Assembly (NCBI GenBank): GCA_964035545.1
Contig: OZ037767.1
Coordinates: forward strand, 10,736,581-10,800,580
Source: Bugula neritina
Taxonomy: Eukaryota; Animalia; Bryozoa
Direction of reading: 5' to 3'
Length of the DNA: 64,000 nucleotides
In this document: in pieces, positions 1-14,795 of the stretch
Numbering within the stretch: position 1 is the stretch's first letter
How the letters are laid out: the number at the start of each line of letters is the position of its first letter
Program-made: the position numbers and the translations under genes
Notes under the pieces: model-generated
The model's database searches: none
What the model was told of the DNA's origin: nothing
Seen by the model: the letters and a program-made list of their open reading frames with translations, nothing else

Positions 1-1100
1 TTTATATAATAGTGTGAAGAGGCCATGTTTCTTTATTTTTAGTTTTAAAATGTGTCAACTTGTAAATAATTGTTTGTCTGAAATAGGCAATACCTGAAAT
101 CAAGCTACAAAGCTAACTAGGTACAATGAAATTGTAAATAAAATAAATAAATTAAAAGAAACTTGAAAAAGACAAGAACCATTTTCATTAATTGACAGGG
201 CGCGTGGTAAATACTGTTGATTAGAATTTTAGCAGACGATAGTGATGCGTTTCATGCTTACGGACAACTAAGGGTGGTTACCTAGTCAGCCTGTAACAGT
301 GCACTAGACATGAGGCTATACTTGTAAATGGCCTACCTGATCCTGAAAGTGAGAGAGATGAACTGTTAGAGATACGACAGAGAGAATGAGAGCCAGGTAT
401 GGGAAGGAATAATCTAGAAAATAGAGAGATTAACGATTACAACAGAAGCTAGAGAAATAAAAAACAGAGTATGTGTCACAGCTCTTTCCTGATAGAGGCC
501 TCCACTTGAAATTTAAATATAGACACAATTTCTGACAAATTGCTAGCAGAGTTCTATAACAGATTATCTTTATAATTAGTGTATGACTGTCACAAGAAGA
601 TCAGATAACTTATTTATAGTCTGAAACCACTTGCAGTATCCACTGCTAGAAATAAACATTAAGATTACTGTCAATTAGCACCAGTCAAAGTTGGCAATAT
701 CAGGAAATAAGTAAATTACACTTGAAGATGTCATGCTTTGGGCATGCTGGAGGTAATGAGGCAGTACTAATGGAGAATTGTTAGCTGTACAAACTCTTGA
801 TATTCCAGATTTAAAATCATTCTCTCTTGGTATTGCGTGGAGCTGCAATAGTTGATATTGTTTGACCATAAAACTACAGTGTTGGTTACATATTGTAGCC
901 ATACCAAAAGGTTTATTTAGAACTTAGGCTATGGGGAAAAGTATTGTGAGTTGGTTTCAGCACCAAAAATATTAATTATTACTCAAAATAATCATTTTAC
1001 CATTTTTCTCCATTGTTTAAAACTGTCGTTATTGTAATGTATTATAATGATATGCACATAAACAAGCTTGCACTGTTATAGGGAGGATATTAACACTCAC

Positions 1101-4100
1101 ATATTACTCCTCCTGCAACAGTCTGTAACAAGACAAGCAGAGGCAAGAAGTACAGAGCCCCATAAATAGGGGAAGCACTGTCCACGCCCCGCTGAGTGAA
1201 CCGTTTGTTAGAGAATATAGGTCTAAAGATGATCATGGCAGGGATTTGTAGACTGAAATAGATCATTACACTTGTATACCTGCAACAGATGACTTGACTT
1301 TAGAAGAGTCAGTAGACACAGTAGTTGACTAATTTCAGTCTATCCTGCTAAAATAGAAGGGTGGTAATAGGCAGGACCAGGCAGGATGGACCATGGCTAA
1401 ACCAGAAAAACAGCTCCGGCAAAACAGAAATTATTTATGACCAAATTGTGACTGTATTTATAAAAATAATAGTCTAATATAACAAGTGAAATATTGTCAT
1501 AGTTGGAGGTATAATTAGAGTGTTGCTTTATTTTGAATATAGGATTTATCTCCCTTGGATTGAAGTTTTAGTTATTGGAAACTGTCCAAAGCTGGCAAAC
1601 CTGCCCAGGAACTTCACATCAGCATACAAACACAACAAATTAACCTTAACTTTCATATGACAGCCATAACATCGTAATACTAATTACGAAATAAAATATA
1701 TATTGTTTTACACAATAGCCAAATACGTATTAATAGAATTGTGGGGTTAATTAGGGGGCAAATAACTTCCTAATCAATAATCATCAATACTTTTTGTGTT
1801 GATTGTTTATCAGCCTTAATTAGTAGCAAACTTATTGCTTTTGGTATTCATCAATAAAAAAGCTGCAGCATATCGTACTAGATAATGAGAGTAAAGTCAG
1901 TGGATATATGCAATCTATTGTTGGCTAATGATAATTCTGGGCACCGAAGCTGATGGCTTCATTGCCTGCTAATGAATATATTGATGAATGAACTCTTTCA
2001 TTCATCAATAAAAGAGTTTATCGAAAAAAACAAATTATATGCTGTGGACGATCACCTGGCTTAGTTATAGTTTGTGTGAACCACTAATATACTGCTAGTA
2101 TATAAATTGCACACCATTCTGAGAAACTGACAAAAGGAAGGGGGCCATGTTTACCCCCCTTACCAGCATAAATCATCTACTAGCGAAACAGCCCACAAAA
2201 TTTCAGTATAAATCATGAAGAAGCATTTAATTCCAGCTGGCAGCCATTTTTACCTAATTAGAATTAAACTTTAGCATAAAATAATTGGGTGGAGCTGTTT
2301 TACAGTGATATATTATATACAGTGACATATGATATACAGTGATATATTAGATATAGTGATATATTATATATAGTGATATATTATATAGAGTGACATATTA
2401 TATATAGTGTTATATTATATACAGTGATATATTATATACAGTGATATATTATATACAGTTATATATTATATATAGTGATATATTATATACAGTGATATAT
2501 TATATACAGTTATATATTATATACAGTGATATATTATATACAGCGATATATTACATACAGTGATATATTATATACAGTGACATATTATATACAGCATTAT
2601 ATTATAGAAAGCCTGTTACAACTCCCCTCTATTAACCCAATCTCCGACAGAAAGCCTCTAGACTTCAGTTATACTCAACCTCTTTTGAAACAATATAAAT
2701 TACATTAAGAATTTTTATATTATACAAGAATTTTTAGTTTTTACGAATTTGAATAATGGAGCAATCAATTAAAATTGATAAATATATTTTGAACAAGTCG
2801 AGAAGGCGCCACTGATATTTATATATTTAAATTAAATTACGTATTAGAGAATGAAGATTACTTACAGTGGGTAAACAACTTCCTGAGTACAGTGCAGAGT
2901 TGTGCCTCCCTGTACAGTAGGGTTATAAAACACGGAATACCAATCTTGTATAGAGGTTACCCCACAGGAGTGTAGTCGTAACTCACTGGTGGGGCTGAGG
3001 AGTAGAAGAGTGCACAGAGCAGCTATAGAACATTCCAGAAAAGCCGAAGTGTGCATAAGCACGGTAGAGTAACTGCTAAAAATATACAAAGTAGTTCGGG
3101 TTGCAGTACAATGCAACATAAAATAGTGCTTAAATACTGATGAATTTTAAGATGCTGCAATACATTCATTAAAATGCAATACGATGAAATGCACTACAAA
3201 AAATACAACCAAAATGAATGCAATACAATCATGTGAGGAAATACAATGCAGTTCAATGCAATACATTCACTAACCAGGAAAACCAGTCAACATATAAGAT
3301 CTAATCACACACCAGGCCAACAAATATATGCCGCATATTTCAGTGCCAAGTTTTCTTTCACAAAACTTTATTTTTTAATTCAAATTTGGCAAAAATTTAA
3401 TTTTTATTTTAGCACGCCAGAAAAAAATTTAATGTTTCCTATAAACATGAAAATTTGCATATTCACTTTGAATATATGCCTCCCGTCAATTGTTGACCTG
3501 CTGATAAATTGAGACATAATAATTTATACGAATCTACACAGATGAGATTAATTTATTTTGTTAACATTCAAAGCGGTAAACCAAGCCACACACCGGATGT
3601 CAATATATTTTTCAAAATTTAAAAAGAAACCATATAAATTTTTTGATAATTTTTAAATTACCATAGCCAATGATGAGGCATTTCAACAAGTAACAAAAGA
3701 AATGCTGAACAGAAGATTCTAGAAATGTGAACAGAATAGAGTTCATTGAACATTTGTTTAGTGAGTCACCAACGAGAATTCACTTCAACTCTGACAATAC
3801 AAAGCTCTATGTCAAAGCCATGACCTAAACTCAACAGACAATTTTAGAGACTGAAATTACAGTTCCTGAAAACCAGCCAACAACTTCCAGTGCTTAGAGG
3901 GCTTTAGCAAAACAAATGTGGTATTAAATGTTACATATTTTATTCATTTTCATTGTAATGTGCATGAAGCTGTAAACACTAATAATGAAAAGGCTATTTC
4001 TTCAGAGATGTTACTAATAACAATTTTGTATAAAGGTGATCAAAGACCAATGGGACCAATAAAGATGGCCACTTCAAATCTACATGAGGTAGTTTCTACT

Positions 4101-6319
4101 ACATTTTCATTGAATTTAATTCAATTTAGTAATATATATTTGGTATTGCAATTTCCAAATGGTGATGATTTAATGATAAAATAATTAGGTGAAAACATAA
4201 GTTTCAAGTTATACATGCGTCACTGGAGTGCTAAGGGGAAATGTTGATTATGTCATAATACCAACTTGCTGATTGGCTAATCACAGGTAATTAATTATAC
4301 CTGGAGTTACATAATATCATTAGTACTTGATGTTATCTGACAGTACTGAGGTATTAGTTACTGCAGTGCATAATCTGAAGGAAGTATTGCCTAAAGAGGT
4401 TTAGCCTAGCAATGACATGTTTATGAATTGCTAACATTGCTTTATAGGCTGTACAGAGTACAGCAAGTTTCATCCATATTTTAGTAATCTGTATTTTATT
4501 GTTTATTGGAATTCTAGAAAAAAAACCAAAGATGGGGGAGGTAGAGGGCCCTTCCTTCATAGAATATTATTGCTGCCAACATACTGACCACACATTGCTG
4601 CCTCTAACTACTTACTGCTGCAATATCACATAACGCTGACATTATGTGGTTAAAGTATCAAATCAAATACAGCAGATAAAAACCAAACTATGCCAGCCTA
4701 TAGATTTCTTAGAAAATGAGATTATGTATTCAGGCAGCTGGGCCCATTGGTATAAAACTGCAAACTCTATTTCTAACAGCCCTAAAAAGTAATGGCCAGG
4801 AATATAATTAGAATTTTCCGGTACTAAAATGTTCAACAGCTAAAGCATCTCATCAAAACAAGATAAATCATTCATCTAAAATAGATTAAAGCAAAAACTC
4901 AATAACGGCAAGGCCTAAATAGTGACTGCAATGTTTCACAGCTTCTCAATATAATACGTTGTCAGAACAAAAAATTTAAATAATCTAAAAGAAAGCAAAA
5001 AACACAAAAATTATGTACTTATTAATGCTAGCTTGAGTTCTACAAATGTGCATGAGTAAAGGAGTAGGCCGGGAACAGGCTAGACACATCATAGAAGCTG
5101 ATAGCAACTCTTAGGTCAACATGAAACTATTTCTCCCCGTTTTTGGGCCGCATGTCTCCAAAATTAAGGCGGAGTTTGCTATTTCAGTAAAGATTTCTCA
5201 CAAATCTAGCATACCAGACGAAACATGCCAGACCTAACACAATTCACTAGAACACTATTCACCACTGTTGGAGACAGAAAAAACAGGCTATCAGCAAAAG
5301 ACATTTTGGAGCGGAAAACGAATTCCAAATCTCTTAGTCATATTCTTGAATGAAATAAGAAATTAAATCCAAGAAACATCTTAAAATAACTTGCATTTCC
5401 TACGCACTACCTCTAAGTGTAAAGATTTGGTGATTGATTGCATCTCAAACCTTTTCCTATTAGTGTTGATGTCAATGGCAATGCAGTGAAGTACGAAGGA
5501 GACAAGCACCATGAATAGAAGGTACATCCAGTCATAGAGAGGCAGTGGGGATGTGCAAGGTTCACAGACAGACAGCGAATTGGCCCGATATCCCCACTTA
5601 CATGACTGTAACACAGTTGTAACACAATGCAATGTATAGTGTAGCAGTATATAGTAATATAGTATATAGTAACATATAATGCAATATGCAAGTATAATCC
5701 CAAAGAATGCTTTATTATATTTTAATATCTAGTGATATTACCCAGTAGCTCCTGTGGTGTAATGGCCAACGTAGTACACCAGCTTGCTGGGTTCAAATCC
5801 CAGTATGGGGAGGGGAACAAATATTTTGTATATTACAATGTATTATTTATAATAGTAATTATTTAGTAATCTAAAATAAAGCAACAGAATATATAAGTAA
5901 TATGGTGATAAATCAAACTCTACTGCTCTAAACTATGAATACATATAATAGTATTCATAGGAACACAGATATACAGAATAAAACATGCAGACTATACCAT
6001 CATTAATGTAATTTTTATAGAGATAAAATACAAATACAAAGCTATTAAAAATAGATTTATTTAAATTTAATTGCAGCAATTAATTTTAGGTTTTAATATA
6101 ATAAATGCAAGAACATCAACCTGTAAGTCTCTGATTAACAATTAACATATAAAATGTATTAAAACACAGAAACTGTCCAAGACAAATGATTTTCACTATC
6201 TAAATGGTGTTTTGCACAGTAAAGAGAGAGAGAGAGAGAGAGAGAGGGAGGGAGGGAGGGAGGGAGGGAGGGAGGGAGGGAGGGAGGGAGGGAGGGAGGG
6301 AGGGAGAGAGGGAGGGAGG

Positions 6320-6402
<83 letters not shown>

Positions 6403-7301
6403 AAAAGCATCACTCCTTTGACACTTTTCATCTAGTTTGTGAAAGTTGAGTTGCTGTGTCAAGCACTTGTCAAGTGGCACAATTATCTGCAATGACTATT
6501 CCATTTATTTATATTTTATATTACAGTTATCTTTTATTTTATTTTTGCTTCAAATCTCTGTTAACAGTGCCCAGTAAGTGGTGTAAATGTGGGCTCCTTA
6601 ACAAATCATTGTTATTTTTTAAATTTTAATTTCCAAAGTCTAAAAATGAAAATATTTTGAATTGTTTAAAAATCTAAAACTCGATAAAATTTGAATACAA
6701 AATAGGACTATGGCATTTTGACATCGATTATTTTTTGCCAGAAAAAAATACCTTCAGCTGACGGGTCATTGTTTCTTTTAAAATAATCATGTTTTAATAG
6801 AGAATTATGATGGATGACTGAAGAGGGGTGTCTAAAACACTTGAGTGCTCAATAAATCACGGAGAAGAGTGAGTGTTAGACAGAGCTTGCATACTAATAC
6901 CAGCCGTACACGAGAGAAGAAAGTTCACCAGACTCAACCGTCACCGGATATTCTATAAGGGCCGTCTGCACTTTTTGGCAATTGAGAAAAATTTTAAAAT
7001 AAATCTTCGATGATTCACTTTCACTGTCAGCCAAAACTTTATGAATGAATGTGTAATTTATTAAAAAGTTTATGCTTAATACGAAAACTATTTTGCCCGA
7101 AAACTGCCAAAAATATTTTGCAGATTCTTTGATTTTGGAAGAAAAAATATGCACTTTTATTTTTCAAAACAAATAACTGAATGTATATTTATATATTCAT
7201 ATATTTATATATTGAAATATATATACCGAACACTGGAGAATATCTGTAATGCTGGAGTTAGAGACGCCACAGTATGACTGCGGACACAATGGCTCAGCCA
7301 T
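1101..7301 (-). CDS. JKAMP: JNK1/MAPK8-associated membrane protein (JAMP); 4 coding exons visible, 3' exons probably outside the window
   Basis: Exons 7301-7227 (MAEPLCPQSYCGVSNSSITDILQCS), 5605-5451 (SCKWGYRANSLSVCEPCTSPLPLYDWMYLLFM...), 3075-2866 (...HTSAFLECSIAA...IQDWYSVFYNP...LHCTQEVVYPL), 1279-1101 (YTSVMIYF...PIYGALYFLPLLVLLQTVAGGVI). All introns are GT..AG with matching phases. The motifs CxPC..LYDWxYL, DWY..YNP..HCTxExVYPL and IYxALYFxP match JKAMP as I recall it. Confidence 0.92.
2301..2600. repeat. 17-bp minisatellite (TACAGTGATATATTATA)n
   Basis: About 17 tandem units with few substitutions, in a JKAMP intron. Confidence 0.95.
5745..5810 (+). mobile_element. tRNA-derived SINE head / pseudo-tRNA remnant
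   Basis: TGGTGTAATGG (A box) and GGTTCAAATCC (B box), with no complete cloverleaf. Confidence 0.45.
6223..6399. repeat. Compound (GA)n/(GGGA)n microsatellite
   Basis: Directly visible. Confidence 0.97.
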
Positions 7302-9734
7302 AGCAGCTGTCCTCAAATGAAACTGTTTCTATCAAACAGACAAAATATAAAGTTAGACTGTTACTAGGTTTAACATATTAGCTATTGCAATACTTGAGTA
7401 AAGAATTTACACGCCAAATGAAACAAAAAAAAAATAAATTATTGTTTGACATGGAGTTGCAGTTTTAAAGATCAATTACAGCTACTATAAAATAAATCAA
7501 GAAATAAGAGCATCAGTAAAAGCACTAATGAGTATAACATAAACAACTATTACACATATAGATAAATGTAATAAACCATTATTATTACAATATTTTGGCT
7601 GCATCAAAAATTTTGTATTTCAAACTATTTAAAATGCTTATGTATTCCCCGTATAAACTCAATTTTGTAAATATGTTTTTATTTTTCCAATATACCTCAT
7701 TAATAATTCTATTATTCGACGTTAATTTTATAAAATAAATTACTGTATTCTATGTATTGTGAGTATTTTTGAAGCCATTATTGTTGTCTCATTTTAATAA
7801 AATCTCGATTAGGACTCGAGGGTTCTAGAAAATTTCGGTAACTGAAGCTGTTGGCCAGATATAAAGTGCAAATTAATGCAAATGTCAACTGACTCTACCT
7901 GTTTCTACCTGCCTACCTGATTCTACCTGTTTCTAACTGTCTACCACACAGTCACCCTCTACGAGCAGACGATATTATTTCTTCGACTCCCTCCTCATTG
8001 AATAGAATAGTTTTTCAACAGCAAGAGCAACACTAGGGCAGGCAAATAGGACTAGCTCAAGCTATATCAATAAAAAAAATGTTATTATATTATATTCTCA
8101 GTGGCTTGAAAATTTGTAAATTAAAACTTCTGTGAATAATAGATAATAATGGTGCTTCAGATTTTAAAATTTATTCATTTATGACCACTGATAAAAACAT
8201 AATGTGAAAAATATTTCACCACATTACAAAATTAGAGTGTCTCCATAATTATATGTATTAAAATGTGTTGAACTGAGTAAGGCAAATAACTTGATTTTAT
8301 AAAGTTACTGCTTTTAGATGTCATTCTAGGCATGCAGCTCTCTTAATCCATCAACATAGTACTGGTTCAGTTGAACTAAAAACATTCATAAAGCTATTTA
8401 TTTTCTCAACAAAACAAAACAAGAAACATAATGCATTGGCCACACCAAATAAAGTGGGTAATTTTGTTGGCTAAATACTAATATAAGTCTCAGTGTTTGG
8501 ACTTCCGTAGCACCTTTTTCTATCACTGCAAGTTTTAGACTTACTCTGTTTATCTAGCTAGACGATACGTACATTAGAGAAATAGAAAAGCAAAAGGAGG
8601 CACCGAATGAATTGTATGAAGTTTATTAACATCTAAAATACCTTTAAGTACAGAATAAAACAACTTTATGCATTAGTGAATATTGGCATCCATTTTTTAA
8701 GTAAAAATGAGATTTAAGAACATATAATGGCTTGCTTATTGAAAAAAGTTAGCAAATTTTCTATCCTCTAAAATCTTAACATTACATTGATACAGCCAGT
8801 TGATTTTAAACTGACAATGAAAAGAATTATGCATGAGCCGCCACACTATTATTTACAATATTTTGTTGTATTTGACACTAAAAATGAGTCTATCAAGCTA
8901 AATAATTGTTTAAAATATTCGTCTCCTAAAGCAAGTATATATCTAGCTCACATATTCATTATTTGGATCTTAAATTGATTAGCAGAATACATGTCTGTCT
9001 ACTAATAAATAAGCATTTATCTACTTATGAACTCTTTGTACTTTAGTAGGTCAACAACAGTAAATACTAATTTCAGCTGCATGTAGAATTGGTTGACAGC
9101 TTGAAGTAATTTCAATGCAAATATATTGTTATTTTCAATTATGAGGAGTTTTTTTTATAGATTTGTGGAAAATCAAAAAAGTTGCCAAAAATAAACAGTA
9201 GTTGCCTGCCGGTTCTTCATTTTTCAGATATTTGAAAATATTGAGTTGATGTAGGATTTCCTAGATTTTCAGCATTTCCAATTAGATGAGTCATCCTAAA
9301 CGTGTTAGGTAATACAATACTTGATGAGTACAGCAAGTGGTAAATGAAAGAGACAAATTAGATGGAAAAGTACCAAACGTATTAATTAAAAATTTATTGT
9401 TCCGAAATTTCAATATCTCCTCCATCACAGTTTTAAAAAGGTAAGCATTGGAAACATAAATGCTTTCTTTATTTGTAAATTATAACTCCAAATTGTATAC
9501 AATATACCCACTTAATTATAATGAATCTATATCTGCATACCATAGCTAACTGAATTTATGCAAAAGTTCACAAATAAAAAACTCAAGTTCTAACAGCTAA
9601 TGGGACAATGACTTTTTGCAGTTTAGTTATTTTCATCATTTTTTAATTATTTGCAAAAATCATTTATATTCAGGCTTTAAAAAAATAAAATCAGCATTTA
9701 CAGTTTTCAATTTTTTTAACTTACTGTTTTAGCC

Positions 9735-9810
9735 TGTAGCACTATATTATAGTCTGTAGTATTATACTATAGTTTGTAGTATTATACTATAGTTTGTAGT
9801 ATTATATTAT
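9735..9810. repeat. 20-bp tandem repeat (TGTAGTATTATACTATAGTT)
   Basis: 3-4 copies visible. Confidence 0.8.
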
Positions 9811-11079
9811 ATTACGTTAGAAACACTTTAATCTTAAGATCCCAAAACATGGTATCAGTGATGATATTTTAATAGAATCATTGTAGAAATAAGCTACCAT
9901 AGATAGTGAAGATGCTGTCAGAGACAATTGAGAGTGGTCGACAGAGAATGGGGTAAAGGCAGATAGAAAGTAGTGGATATGCTGTCTGAGATGGGAGATG
10001 CAGTTAGACATCATGGAAAGGCGTTGCCAAAGAAAGTAGCGGTAAAGCTAACAGAGAGGGAGAGACTGCCAAAGAAAATAGTAGAGATGATTATGAAAAT
10101 TATTCTATCATGATGCAGTGTAGAGTATTAATTTATTTTACTGTCTATTATTGTTTTTAAAAATCACGGCAGGCTCAGTCTTTCAGTCCATTTCTTTTTA
10201 TTTACATCAAAAATTTTACAATGTTACCTTCTACATCAAACATCAATTCTCTTTTCAAATGGTCTAGTGTACACACTAATGCTATTGAATATGAAGTAGC
10301 GGTGTTTGACAATAAAAATAGGTCACGGACTCAATAAATAATGGTCATCACATGTTTAGCTTCAACAATAAATATTTTGATGTTATCATATGGTCAAATG
10401 TTAAGTAAATTAATAAAATGTTCAACAAAGCTAACAATATTACCCGAGTATCCATTAAATACACTATTAATAATGCATATGTGACTAAAACATAGCAATA
10501 CTTAAGAATGTTGATGTTTTATAGAGCTGCTAACATGATAAATAATATTGAGATAATCCAAAGTAGAGCTATCACGTTTGAAAAGAATATCAAAGGGCAG
10601 AATGCTGAATGGCTCTGGGGGAGATGCCACTGAAGGACAAAAAAAAGATACACAAAAACCTAACACAGATAAAAACCTCACTTTCACTAATAGACAAGAA
10701 GCTCTCCTCTCAATACACAATAAAACCATAAACTATAGAAATCAGAGTAATCGAGCTGCAAAAGAAAATCCTGTCATGATTTATGCTACTTCCTAAGTTT
10801 ACCTAAGTTCTAAAAATGTCCAACACCTATGACTTAGACTTCAATAAAGTTCCAGAAGTATAATACTATAAAACTGCACAACTACAAGTAAAACATCTGA
10901 GGCCATCCGCCTCTCTATTTAAGAATCTGGATAGTAGTATCATTATCATTATGGTGTTCTACTTCTGAATCAAAATTCCTTTAAGTAAAAATATTTATAT
11001 GCATATTTAATATTCCCACTTGATGATAAATATAAATAAATATAAATATTGTTCATACTAAAAGTAAAAAGATAATTAT

Positions 11080-11840
11080 GATAACTAATAGTAATACCTA
11101 CTAATACTATAAACACATGTATTAATAGTATAACTATTTTTACTATTACGATTAGTATTACTATTAGGATTGGCTTGAACTCTAGAAACTTTTAATTTTC
11201 CTGTATCTTACCTTTTCACCTTAGATTTAAATCATTAACAACCGTATTAATATTACTATTAGTACAACCAAAAATACAACTATTGCCATTGATATTACTT
11301 TCAGCTTTACCATGGCTACGCAATACTAAAAATAAAGACTAATAGCAATGCTAGTACTACTAGTAGTAGTACTACTAGTAGTAGTACTATCAGCATAACT
11401 CAACCACAGCAACTGCAGTATAAGTATGAGCATCAGCATGAGTATCATTATGACACTATGAGTATGACTATCACTATCACTATGATTTAGTTTTACCATC
11501 AGTATTAGTGATTGCTAATTAGTATCAGTAGGAGTGTCACTATCACTGTGAGTATCATTATGATTATGAGATTGAGTATCAGTATGACTTATCACTTATG
11601 GATAACAGTATTATTATTACTGATAGTGATACTCATACTTATAGTCATAGTCATACTAATACTTATACTACCAGTATCACTAGCACATTTACTGTAATTG
11701 TAAGTATTACTAATACTAATACTAATACTAATAGTAATAGTAATTCACTAATAGTAATAGTAATACTATAATATTCACTAATCACTACGACTATCACTAT
11801 TACCATCAGTATGAGTATCACTATGCAACAGTAATGAGTA
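11080..11840. repeat. Degenerate 3/6-bp-period (ACT/AGT/ATC) low-complexity tract
   Basis: Long run of TAC/TAG/TAA/TGA/TCA triplet variants. Confidence 0.8.
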
Positions 11841-13866
11841 ATCTATATCTAAAAGTAAAAGCAATTGGTAGTGTATTTGTAAAAGTAAAACTTAAGAGTA
11901 AAAGTAAAACTTAAACTAAAATTAAAAGTAAATACTAAATTAATTATTTAATTAAAATTTGGAATTTATTTGATCAAACTTTAAAAAATGCAACTACCCA
12001 AAAAACATAATTACCAATAAATATTAAAACTGCTCAAACGTTCTTTAAAAAAATAAAGAAATATTGATCCATATTATAATTAAAATGACAAGAAAATGCT
12101 CAGTTTGTATTACTCAGTTTCAGGCACCGAATTTCGTAGAAATTACTTATAGAATTTAAATAGGGAAGTTACTTAAACACGATTGGATTTGAAACGCTAA
12201 ATCTATTGAAAATCAAAGCGATGTAAAAATCGATGTTATATAGGAAGCTTGCGACAAAATAGAAAACAGCAAGAAGGCAAAGCGAAGAGTGCTTTCATTG
12301 CATAAAATAAGAGTTGTCTCCTCAAATTCACATAGATTCCTTATGTGATTATCATGGAATGCAATAGAAAAGTTGTATTGTAATTAGAGTGCTTTAAAAT
12401 TTAAAGTTGTCTCTCCATGTTCTACAGCTGCATAGTTATATTATATCATTTATACTGCACTCAATAAAGTGTATGTAATCAAACTTTATCCAATTTTACA
12501 TATAAGCTAGTAATGAGAATTTTCAGAAAAAAGGTGTTTAGTTCTAACTTTTCAAACTGAGCTCTTGGTTGCATGGTCAACATGATAGCATAAGGATCGA
12601 ATTAAAATATTGTTTGATCAAGTTAATTTATAGTTAAATTAGGATATATGCAATTGCTATACATTTGAATGCAACAAGATATATCTGGTATACCCCAGCA
12701 AACTATCATATGTTTTATGTTTTAAAAAATCAAAATTAAATACTTTACTCACATATGCAACATATATGTCTAATACAGTTGTGCAATGTTTAGTAAAGAA
12801 AGCAGATTTCGAGAACATGTGCAATTTAAAAAAAATTTCAAGAATCAAAAACTCAAATTTGAAGCAGCTTTATTTGTATGCATAATAAATTAGTATAGAG
12901 AGACTTTAATCTACTTTACTGCTGCAGGTGCGTGTAGAACACAACGAGGCATGATAGCACCAATTCACAGTAAATTACAATATATAGTATAGAAACTAAC
13001 AAATCTAGAAAATGTAGCAATCAATTGCTTTTTTGATAGCAAGAACATACTAAGAGTTACTACTATCACATGTAGTTAGTTTCTTTGAGTTTTTTTTTAA
13101 ATTCATCATATATATTTGACTTATTAAGCTGATTTAAACCACATACTAGACGAAGTAGAAAGTTTTCAAATAATACAATAATTATACAAATTTTGGCTGC
13201 ACCTACAGAATATTTATTTGCAAATATAAACAAATTTAGAAGATTAGTTGAGAGAGACAATTTGCATAAAATAAAATTTTTGAATTCGTTGTGTTAAGTT
13301 GTTTACATGCATATAGCTTAGGTTTTTCATTTTATTATACTTTTATATAAAGTTTCTTGAGTTATTATATTTTATTTTTCATGCATGCGGAAAATAAAAC
13401 AAAACTTCTACGCGGCTGTTTGTAACTTAGTATCATTGTTGATGCATAGAAAATTAATGCCTAAAAACTATATTAATTTTTAGTTGAATTAAATTTAAAC
13501 TACCACAGACATAGGTCAACAAATAGTGTCTTTCAAAGTGAAGGACTTAATACAAGGTGACAAGTTGCAACAAATGTTGACCAAATGTTATTCAAAATTT
13601 AAAACCTGCATGGTAAATGAATATATAATTACTCAACATTTTTTAATGAATTTTTCCAGTTGACAGAATTTATAATTAGAGTTGTCTATAAGTGTATACA
13701 ACGTTGAAAGACACACCAGGATGGGATACATAAACATTAATTAAAACCATATTTTTATAAAATACAGCATGAAAAGTAAACAAATGTTTACAAACAAGCA
13801 GCCCCAAATTAAGTCTCTTCACCTTCGAACTCTATTATCTTGTGGGTTTTAAGTGATTTAATTTCT

Positions 13867-14073
13867 AGTGCCGTAACTGTGTCACGTAGACAAAGTACTG
13901 AGCTTTGGACTACAGTTGTTAATGCTACAGTTACTGCAATAAACACCCTTACTTAATTTCTAGGTCACATCTAGTATCTTAAGAACCATGACCTAGAATT
14001 CAAGTATTTGCTGTGATAACTGTAGCACTAACAACTGCTGTTTAACTTGACTGTGTGACACAGTTTTGGCACT
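13867..14073. mobile_element. Fold-back (long imperfect palindrome) MITE-like element
   Basis: Nested inverted arms: AGTGCCGTAACTGTGTCAC / GTGACACAGTTTTGGCACT, CAGTTGTTAATGCTACAGTTA / TAACTGTAGCACTAACAACTG, and TTCTAGGTCA / TGACCTAGAA. Confidence 0.7.
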
Positions 14074-14795
14074 GAATAATATGTGGTTGCTATGATAACC
14101 ATAAAAAGCACTATAAGATATTATCATCTTTTACCTAATAACTTTTCAATTGAAATAAAATTAAAGTATAATTACTGAAAAACAAATCTTTAATGATTAT
14201 AATTATGTCTTTCATTTTGATTCATATCAAGATTGAAGTAGTGCATTATTTCTTTATATATGGTTCTTTAAACTTAGATGTATTGAGATGTAAGTCTAAC
14301 ATAGTTATATATGGACATATATTTTAAGTATTGTTTTAATTGGCTATTGTATTAAAACTGTTATATAATTAGGAAGTGAACCAGTTAGTTCTGCTTCATA
14401 ATTAAATTAGAGCAACTTCTAAATTTCACATTTTATTGATTTACTTTAACTATAAAATTCTTAGGCTAACAATACAATGTAAACTTAGCTACACAACACT
14501 GTTTTCACGTTGTTACCTATAGGCTATAATTAAAAAATAATACTACTGTATAGTGGTATAATTATCATTGCTAATACCATTATTATTAGCACATCAGTTT
14601 ATATAATCCAGCCTGTTACCTGAACAGGACAGAGTGGAAATAAGTGAGGTGAGAATCATTTTATATTTCAAACATCAAGCATGTCATAATAGTGCATTGA
14701 CTGTGGTATCATATTATAATATTGTACAGTAATTACCATTTTCCAGGTAAATCTAACAGATAATCAATATCTGAAGACAAGTGAACAACAATGGC

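Noticed and set aside
5745-5810. tRNA gene (also 17865-17930 and 46164-46235)
   Set aside because: A and B boxes are present but there is no complete acceptor/anticodon cloverleaf; better explained as SINE heads.
6810-6860. Hammerhead-ribozyme-like CTGAAGA + stem followed by AATAAA (Penelope-type)
   Set aside because: The GAAA core is replaced by GAGT, and no stem I or stem III partners were found.
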